Assembly: GCA_000934665.2 (NCBI GenBank)
Contig: KZ538356.1
Location: forward strand, 121,518-141,517
Length of the DNA stretch: 20,000 nt
Reading direction: 5' to 3'
DNA from: Catajapyx aquilonaris
Lineage: Eukaryota
The position numbers were made by a program, and so were the translations under genes. Under the pieces are notes generated by a model. The model was not told the DNA's origin. It saw nothing but the letters and a program-made list of their open reading frames with translations, and searched no databases. This document shows, piece after piece, positions 1 to 8,616 of the stretch; the stretch's first letter is position 1, and each line of letters begins with the position of its first letter.

Positions 1-2339
1 GCCTCCCCGCCTGCCTGCCTTCCCCGGGGGCGGGGGCGGCGGTATAGCAGCGGCGTTTACTAACAAGCTCGGCCGGCGCAAGCATGCAGTAGCAGGCCAC
101 GTGGACATTCTGCCACGTGCTCTTCTGCCTGCCCACCTTGCATGCCATTCACACCCGGCCCACCCCCAATATCACGGACGGATTTGGACTAATCCTGGGT
201 GTGACGACGGCCGATATATCACTGGATGCCAAAACGGTCATGCGGGGCCCCGGTTTGCTATTCTCATGTCCTCTCAGCCATGGAGAGGTACAGTTAGGAT
301 CCCCATTCACTCTGCCCCCCTCCCTTTCAGTATTGCAACACACCACCGTTAGCTAAACAAATTCGGAGTGTACCGTACTTGTATGCAGAGAAGAACGTAA
401 CGTGGAGGCCGGCGATGCGCACGATTTGTAGTATGAATAATGCTGCATTGCCGCTGCCCATTGTTGTGTTAATGTATGACTGGTTCGGAAGTAATTTGAG
501 GTTCTATTCTCATTGGCTGATCGTTCTGACAGGATAGTTCTTAACACTTGCAATTTAAAAGTATACCCTATGTTGCATATGGGACCAAAGACTGGCTCAG
601 GTTCCTTGTTCCATTCCAAGAGGAAATTACCCTACTTGATTTGGTCGATTTTGGCTTCATTACGGATATAATGATATGCTAATTTTAGTTTCGTCACATA
701 CACATAAGCTGGTTGATCCTTTGAGATTACATGGGTCGCCTGACGGGCAGGATATTTTTAGATAGACTAACAAAAAACATACTATTATCTCCGAAATGAA
801 TACAAAATCACAAGAGCAATTAGGGTAATTATGATTGTCTTGAAACTTATATAACTTGCTATATGTACGGTATATCCGAAAGGAGGGCACCTTTACGAAC
901 GCTTTGTCGGCAGCTACTCAATTGGGCTAAGGAAGTTAATGCGAATTTAATTCCCACAGGAACAACGGCTGCTGCTTGCGCCATGCTATGCTTAATATTC
1001 ATAATCGCAGCTGATGCGCCAAACATTAAGCCGAGGAGAATTTTATCCGTAAACAACAGCAATTATGAGTATAGACAGAAAAATGGCAGAAATATTCAAA
1101 ACGAGCCCGGGTGAAACGATTTCAAAATGTCGACAATGCTACTATCCCCCCCCCCCCCCACACACACACCCACTTTTTGATAACTACGCGAATCCAGCAC
1201 AAATTTATTAAAACACTATTAAATAGCTCCGCATTATTTCGCTACTAGATTAAAAGTGCTGCGTTCCACATAACACATGTAGTGCTCTCACAGTTCAGTG
1301 ACTGTACAAATTAAATTTCGCTTCCAATTTATGAAACAATGGAAAAAAAACGCACCACAAGTTGCATCCAATAAATCTAGCCTCCCTCCCACAATCAAAA
1401 CCATATTTGAGAAAGCGACAAATAATAATAAAATAGTGCCACCTGAGCGCCCCCATTGTTACCAAACCATAAGAGCCATATCGCATATCGAATAATGTAT
1501 CACATGCAAAGTGGAAAGAATCGGTAACTAAAAGGGGGCAGCTTGGGACAGGAAGGCAGGGTAGTGGGAGGGCGGGGGGAGGGGGGTTGGGCCACTTTCC
1601 CCCCACGAGAGAAAACAAAACCGTTTCGCAATGGAAATCTGGCTGATTGGCTTGCGCCACCGCCCAAACGGCCCTTCCTTCCTCATACTTTATATTTCTC
1701 ACTTTTACTTGCCTTGCGTCACCATAACTTCCAACTGGCAAAAATTCCGCTTTGCAAAACCCAGTAGTGCACTGTAGCACATCTGGCGACACATTTCGCA
1801 CTCAAATTTACTTATCAATCCCGCTAATGACCCAAGGTTTTTATTCCGTTCCCTAATAATTGACAAAGAGTGTTATATACGAGCTTGTGTATGAACCCCC
1901 CCCCCCCCCCCCCNTTGCCTTCCCACCCTGCTGTGGCCCACAAATTATATTACCAGTAGTTCTAATGGAAAGTCTAGATTGTGTCCCCGTGTGTAACAGT
2001 GCAAGCAAAGTGGTGCAATGCCATTAATGAAACAACACGACCAAAAACATTTTTCCCCTCTCCATCCGCGCATACAAGTAGATTGTCGCAAATTATTGGA
2101 TACCCATAGCAAGCCCGAGCTCAAACACAAAAATTTTTCCCATATTACGCACTTTTCCCCAGTTTGTTCCTGACAGGCACGCAAATGAGTAGCAGGGGCA
2201 GGGGGATATGTATGCGCTTAATGTTCGCATCTAAGAACGAGTAATGGATCACGCTGACTATACGAATAAGTGCAAACTGAAATTCCCATTTTGGTGCCTC
2301 ATAAATATGTGGTTCATGTGCATGCATGCGAGGAAACGG

Positions 2340-2370
2340 ACACACACACACACACGTTGTGACACACACA
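2340..2370. repeat. Interrupted (AC)n microsatellite
   Basis: (AC)8 at 2340-2355, then GTTGTG and a further short ACAC run. Confidence 0.85.
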
Positions 2371-2759
2371 TGCAACCAGAGTCGCAGAGAGGTCTGGCCC
2401 AACTGCTCCCCTAATAATGTTTGCTCTACAGAACTCCCTATGCATGCATTACAACTGCTCGTTATTTTACATAAGCCGCCCGATGCCTCTCCTCAGCCCC
2501 CGACATACGCACAAAAAAAAAAACTGCCTAATGAAAAAAAAGTTCAAGCTACATTTTTAGGCTGATCTCAATTTGTAGCAATTGACGCTATTATTGCATG
2601 ACTATAGTTGACCTTGCTCTCTTAGAAGGCCGTTCTTCAGATATGAGAATAGAAACTTTCAGGCTGCAGCAAAGGTGTGACTTTCCATTCGGCTGCCCTC
2701 AATAAACGAATTTGCGCTCTTGGACTCACAAGGAAAGGTACGAATGGAAGAGAATATCA

Positions 2760-2800
2760 AGAGCGAGAGAAAAGAGGAGTGAGTGAGAGAGAGAGAGAAA
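2760..2800 (+). repeat. GA-rich tract / clustered GAGAG motifs
   Basis: GAGCGAGAGAAAAGAGGAGTGAGTGAGAGAGAGAGAGA; GAGAG is the GAGA-factor/Pipsqueak motif, but function is not demonstrable from sequence. Confidence 0.6.
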
Positions 2801-4412
2801 AAAAAATCCCCACTTCTCCCCACCTTTCTCCCTCCCTTTCACTTTAACGTAAAACGCTGAGTGAAGATAATAGCTTCCATTTGAATATGAGATCGATCGC
2901 AGAAGGTAGACTAACCCTGCCCCCGCCCTCCCTCCATCCCCCTCTCCCACCCACCCGCTCCTCCTCTCCCAGGCAGAATTTCTATGAAAATTGTTTGAAA
3001 AGCCCATGCATCGAATTGTATCGATCTCCCGGCGCAGGCAGGAGGGGGGTGGAGGGTATAACAGCGGGGGTGGAAGGTAGAAGTGTAGAGAAGAAGGGAG
3101 AATTCCTGATGGGAAATAGTAGGAGGGGGAGGCCCCCGAAATAATAAGGGAATAGGCCCGTTAGACTTCAAGTTTGGCGGCTTCCAATTTCGTCGAGTCT
3201 CATTTGGCCGAATTGGTATTTTCATTGCCTCCAGCCAGGGATCAAAATATGCTCAATGAGTTAGGGTGGAGCCCAATAAGGCCACCTGTTCTATCAGCAA
3301 GACATATGTGTCTCAGGTCGTGTCTAACAAGAAGTCGACTTTTAGCTCATTAAGACCCGGTAGTGTAGCACAAATTGACAAAATTACGTTAATTACTCAA
3401 GGCCGGTTGGTCTTAATGAGACATTTTCTCCTTAATTTGATCAGAATACATACTTGCGATTTTTCTTAAATATTCGCTAATAAACTAGGTATTTAAATTT
3501 CCTTCCCATTCTGCTCTCATAGCTCAAATATTCAAAGGCTTGTGCTCGGCAAAATGCAATTCGGCCAAACCATCTCGGACCTTAAGTTTTCGGTTCCGAT
3601 CACTCCCGCAGTACTTTCACTTCCCCGGACTTAATTTACATACACACATCTATTTGCAAGCAAGTTTGCTCCCCCCCCCCCCNCCCATCCCTACCCCCTT
3701 CCCATACCCTCCACCATTCCATATCCATGCAGCATCCCAGCCCACCCCATCCCCCCACCCCACTTGCTGGTTCGTTGAACCTACGCTTGGGAACTCATCT
3801 CCAGCTCTCCTCCCAAACTGTATACTCTCGGTGCTTCGATAGAGCATCGGCACCTTCTCCTCACGCACCGGCCTGCACGTGCACATACCACACATGCACG
3901 ACTAAATCAATGGGCACCTTGCACCCGGTCGGAAGGGTAGAGGTCGGGGTATGATATATGCACTTTCTAAGGCCCGATTTACATCCGTGGGACAATATAT
4001 CACGGGCGACATGGCTTGCAACATGGGGGCATAAAAATGGCTCCGGGCTAGATGTGGCGTGGACATGGACAGACAGATGTTCAGCAGTGTGGTATTTTTA
4101 TGGGAACCCCTAAATTAACCAAAAAATGCGGCCGGGGAACTATTTAACACACGCAGATTGTTGCACTAATTATTACTGTTTGCTCAGAAAGGAGTCATGT
4201 AAACGGCAAGCACGGCCATTACCATCGTTTCAGAATATGATGTGCGTACACAGTGCAGTGCACTAAAACAAAACGAGCGAGTTTATCAGCCCTTGCACTG
4301 CATGGACCCTCACTGTACAATGTAATGGCATGTTGACAATACAACGTGATTACTACGAGCCGGTAGGTCACTGTCGCCGGCAAGCAAAATGTAAATCAGC
4401 TGTCCTCCTTAC

Positions 4413-4481
4413 CTTGTATAGATACTGATCGAACATCCTATTCACATCCCCATCGGCGCCCATGTAGTAGGTGGTCTCCAT
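4413..4481 (-). CDS. fru: First coding exon (23 codons, METTYYMGADGDVNRMFDQYLYK) of a spliced gene continuing left of the window; tentatively the fruitless P1-type N-terminal extension exon
   Basis: Seen: the reverse complement reads CCCCGCAGC-ATG-G (A at -3, G at +4), then 23 open codons with complex, protein-like composition, ending exactly at a phase-0 donor AAG|GTAAGG (GT at 4412-4411). It is preceded by a ~1 kb GC-rich leader. Inference/recall: length and pattern (ME..YY....GDV.RMFD.Y.YK) resemble the short P1-encoded extension that precedes the MDQQFCLRWNN BTB start in hemimetabolous insect Fru. No BTB exon is in the window, so the symbol is tentative; the exon itself is better supported than the name. 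Confidence 0.6.
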
Positions 4482-5960
4482 GCTGCGGGGTCCCTCATCA
4501 GACAGAAGTGGGGGTCATCAGGGGGTNNNNNNNNNNNNGGGGGGGCAGGTGATGGCTCACAGGAGGCAACAGGTGCGGGGCCGGAGGGCGGCCGGCCAGT
4601 GGCGGGGGGTCAAACTGTCCGAGAGTACTGTCCGACGTAAACACTCCGACGACAATGAAGCGGGCCGATCGGGCCCAGGGGCTGCCCCGGGTACTGGAAC
4701 TGGGTTGCTCAGTCGAGTTTCCCGCCCGCCTTGCCTGCCTGCCCGCCCGCCACTAGAGTTGTAGGGGACCCCATGATGCTCTTTCTCTCCAGCCCCGCGC
4801 TCTCTCTCGACTCGGAAACCCTCCGCGCCGCTCTGCTCTGCTGCGGCGCCGACTGTTCCGCACCCTCCTACCCCCGTGGTCCCCCCCTCCTCTCCCTGGC
4901 TCCCCCTACGCTGGAGGCCCTCCTCCTCTGCTCCCCCTTAGCAGCAAGCCCCCGCTGCCCCCGCTACTCCTCTGCACCCCGGACCCTCTCCGCCCGGGCC
5001 GCCCGGGAGAGGAGGGGGCTCAGGATGATGGCAGTGAAGAGGGAGGGAGCCACCCCTCACGCACCTGTTCTATCCTCTCACGCACCTAATAGCACCAATA
5101 CGGAAAAAATACGTATCTAAAAGATAGCGGAAAAAGGACGTATCATATGGAACAAAGACGTATCTACAAGATAAGACACATTTTGGAAGTTCTTTTCAAG
5201 GGCCATCGGGATACGGGTTGCCCCCAGCCACACCATGCACCCCTCCCGGTGTGCTGCACCCCTTTTGCCCGTCCCACCCGGCGAGCTGCCTGCCTGCAGA
5301 AAACGGTGGGGGGTGGAGGGGGTGCACTCCCTACACCCTCCCCTGCCGGGGCTGTTCATGGCTCGCCTGCCAGCAGCAAAGACAGGAGAAGCGGGGCAAG
5401 GGGAGGGTGCGGGGAGGGTAGGAGATGGAGGAGGAACAACCCTCTCTACCAACTCCCCCCCCCCCCCCCCCCCCCCNCCCCCCCCTGGTTTTCCCTCGAG
5501 CCTAGATCGATACGAATAATATTTTCCCAATCTGTGAATGAATGGCTGGTGCCAGTACAGTATAAAAAGCAGGTGCAACTCCCTCGCAACAAGTAAAGGA
5601 TGTCCACCGGAGTCTTCCACCGCGCGATAAAACCCATCCGCTGCGTGCTGGCAAACTGCTATTCAAGTTCAGTACCCGCAGCTTTCATGGTACTTTGGCA
5701 GCTCTAAAAATATATAACCAAGTCGTTAAGTGTCTCAGAGTTGAACGTGCCAGATATTTCCCAAAATGAACGCAAATATTTCTGGAATGTCCCATATTTA
5801 TCTCAAGTCCGGCATGAGATAGAGCACGTGTACTTTAGGTCTGGCATGCGCCGTGGCTATACGTACAGGTCGGCAGGTTGGCCGGTAGGCCGGTTAGTCG
5901 GTCGGTTGGGTCGGGTTGAGAGGGGCGGAGAGGGGGGCCTGAGCGGTCAGTTCGAGCCGC
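4482..5960 (-). promoter_or_regulatory. GC/CpG-rich 5'UTR and candidate core promoter of the minus-strand gene
   Basis: CpG-dense block directly upstream of the ATG (densest ~4482-5060). Inr-like GCAGTT on the minus strand at 5659-5654, TATATA at 5711-5716, GC box GGGGCGGAG at 5922-5930. TATA-Inr spacing is not canonical, so the TSS is not pinned. Confidence 0.4.
5455..5485. repeat. Poly-C homopolymer with an ambiguous base
   Basis: C-run with a single N. Similar runs occur at ~1146-1159, ~1895-1914 and ~3672-3687, plus an N gap at 4527-4538 within a G-run; the lengths are unreliable assembly-wise. Confidence 0.9.
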
Positions 5961-8196
5961 AAAACCGCGCCACAAACCAAACGGGCGACCCCTAACATGA
6001 GGTTAGCCCCAAGCGCAGCCAGCAGCAGAGCGGCGCAAAAGCACAGTTTAGTGGAGCCCACCTCACATTTGCATGCCGGATAAGACAGGCTACTGTATAC
6101 ATACAGTGAGGGTCCAGCAGTAGGGATGAGGTAAACCGGTAGTGGTCACTATATAGCGTTTAAAAAAAATTGAAGCAAAATGCAGTGTGCCCAAAGAGTA
6201 GGCACGTGTTGACAGTGAGAGCTTAATAGGCGCTATTGCAGGGGATAATCGCATGAGTGTGTTAACTGTTAACGATGTTGTTACAAATTCAGCGTCACCA
6301 AATTTCGTAACAATTAGATTCAAACCTACCCTATTTCCGTATCATGTAAACCACATTGACCACTAAATTTCAGCGTGCACTCAGACTGTCCTGATGACTG
6401 TTACAGGAGTGTCAGGATTATCCGAACTGAACGAGACCAAGAGATGCTCGGGTAACCAAAAATCTGAACAACACGAAGCCGGGAGTGGAGTGGTGAGGGA
6501 TTGGTGGGATGATGTAATGCTGCAATAGGGTTACTTGGTAGAGATATGAGGCACGTGCAAATTGCTTACTTTGAAATTCTGTCTCATAATTAATGCAGTT
6601 TCACAAGGACATGTTCTTAGCTGAGCAATTCCATGTCAAAATATTTTTCATGTGTCATGCCAGTGGTATCATACAGTAGGCCTATATTCTAGGCGAGTAC
6701 TGACTGCTGTTCTCCTAAACATAAACGTAACCGGCATCTGACCTGAGGCAGTTGCACTTTACAAGTTTCTTTCGCCCATTCTGTTTTCAAGTGCACGTTT
6801 TTTTCAGCAAAGACTATACCACACTGTACAGCGTAGCGTGTATTTCAGAAATTATACTGGGACTGATAAGCTGATTACAACATCGCATGCGTAACCGGCG
6901 TAAAAAGCGAAGGCTGAAAAATTGGCTAAGTGGTTGAATATACTCGAATCTTAATTTTTTTGAAGTAAAATATTCGCCTTATAAATATTCTATGATATGG
7001 ACAATTGGGAAGACATACAGTACTCGTAACTATCACTCAAACAAAGGCGCATCTCTATTTCCACAAACCTTCCCGAAATATGAGAAATATAAGTAACACT
7101 AGGCAAAAAGAATTTCATAAAAGTAGGTAAACTAACGTTCACTCACAAAGGTGATAAGTTTACTTGGTAGCAAAGACTGTTCCATATAACATCCATGATA
7201 ACAGCGTAGAAAAGGAGTTTTAATTCACCAATATTTAACTGGACAAAGCATGATGCAAGCAGGCAACAAATTATTGAATTATGAAATTCTGACCATCAAC
7301 AAGAGGTCTAACGCGTGTAACCCATGCACCATCCGAAGCAATTGTCGATGACACCCCCGCGTTTCATGATACAGTAGTTTTCATTCACTATTTGAATCCA
7401 GCTGTGCATGTAGTACTGATGTTACAAAGACCTGATTCGAAATGATATTAATCGGATCCAAATAGACCTTACACTGATAAATGCAGTGCACAATTTTGCA
7501 CATCACTCTCTTATGCAGCCATCACAACTGGAACTCCTATATGTTTGGATTAATTGTCAGTTTCTAAATTACAAAAATACTACTAAATTATTCCATGCAT
7601 ATATAATTTATGTAGCTTTTCTATAAAAACATGTCTTACACAAGGGCATCCCATAATACATCCATATTATTTATGCGCTTCATACATCATTACAATGCTA
7701 CATATCGGATTAGTGAAACTTTGATTTATAAGCTACTATTTTCATCCGGCTTTTGTAAAATGCACTGTAGCCTAGCTGTATTGCTTCCCAAAGAAGTAAT
7801 TAACAGTCATTATGATCAAGATGCACCCTGCGCATAAACAGGGGCGTCTGCAATCGTTCAGAAGCATCGTTCTGCAACATAAACATTTACGTAGTTTTGC
7901 ATAAAATTAATAACTGAGAATTGCCCTTTCCCATTTAAGAGCCATGGTGTTTTTGACTGGTATTTATTCGCGCATTTGCATCACTTGCTGCAAAATTTAA
8001 TTTAATGTCAAATGTTCATGACACTGCATATATCGGATAAAATACCAAATAGTGTGCCTTAAAGGAAGGGTTCAGTGATTTTGCATGTTGGGCTTCAAGG
8101 ATCAAGGAAGACTCCCTGATTCCAAAAATGTGGTCAGTTTTGGAATCTGACGCCGCGTAAACAAATGCCGTTAGGTGAAAGTCCATATCCGCTACT

Positions 8197-8403
8197 TTAT
8201 ACTTTATAATTGATATATTTAAGGAGGTTGGCCCAGCATTGCCTTTCAACCTCCAAGTATAGGGAAGGAAGGAAGCGGCTGTGGCCTATTATACGGAAGC
8301 AACCCCAGAATTATCATAGAAAGACCGTGGAAAACCACAGAAAACCACGGTCAAGGTTGCCGGCCCCGGGATTCGAACCCAGGACCTCCCGATTAGCAGT
8401 CGG
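8197..8403 (-). mobile_element. 5'-truncated tRNA-derived SINE inserted into the MITE
   Basis: On the minus strand: anticodon-arm-like CCGA-CTGCTAA-TCGG, then a T-arm with Pol III B-box GGTTCGAATCC (8379-8369), a body similar to common insect SINEs (GGAAGGAAGCGG..GTGGCCTA / GGAAAACCAC on +), a 3' stem-loop (8223-8230 / 8247-8254) and an AT-rich tail. Flanked by the direct repeat TATCCGCTACT at 8186-8196 and 8404-8414 (TSD). The A-box/D-arm is missing. Confidence 0.85.
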
Positions 8404-8532
8404 TATCCGCTACTGTATTCGATACGGTAAGCGTACAGCCAGCGCCTCCCGCGGAAATTCTGGTAACCTGCCACCACCGTGGCCAATGAGATTGGCTTAG
8501 TCTCGGAGCCCATTTTTTCATCTTTTCACGGG

Positions 8533-8616
8533 ACACGGGTTCCCTCTAGCCACAAGAGTGGAAGCTTCGACCGCTGCATCGAAGCTTCCACTCTTGTGGC
8601 TAGAGGGAAGCCGTGT
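8533..8616. repeat. Long inverted repeat/hairpin (31-bp perfect arms, 8-nt loop) inside the MITE
   Basis: TTCCCTCTAGCCACAAGAGTGGAAGCTTCGA (8540-8570), loop CCGCTGCA (8571-8578), exact reverse complement at 8579-8609. After one mismatch, ACACGG/CCGTGT extends it to 8533-8616. Confidence 0.97.

Larger units (their letters stand above)
1..4412 (-). other. Intron (5' part) of the minus-strand gene
   Basis: Starts at the GTAAGG donor at 4412. No further credible exon was seen toward position 1; the sequence is low-complexity tracts and AT-rich motif clusters. Confidence 0.55.

Noticed and set aside
58..67. TACTAAC branch-point motif
   Set aside because: Plus strand, no polypyrimidine tract, and no credible exon follows.
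5561..5567. Plus-strand TATAAAA as the promoter of a divergent gene
   Set aside because: No Inr at the expected distance and no downstream plus-strand exon is evident.
8363..8403. Functional tRNA-Ser(GCT) gene
   Set aside because: The D-arm/A-box and acceptor stem are absent, and it is embedded in a TSD-flanked SINE.
8540..8609. CRISPR repeat or bacterial terminator
   Set aside because: A single inverted pair with no repeat-spacer array and no U-tail, in a eukaryotic context.
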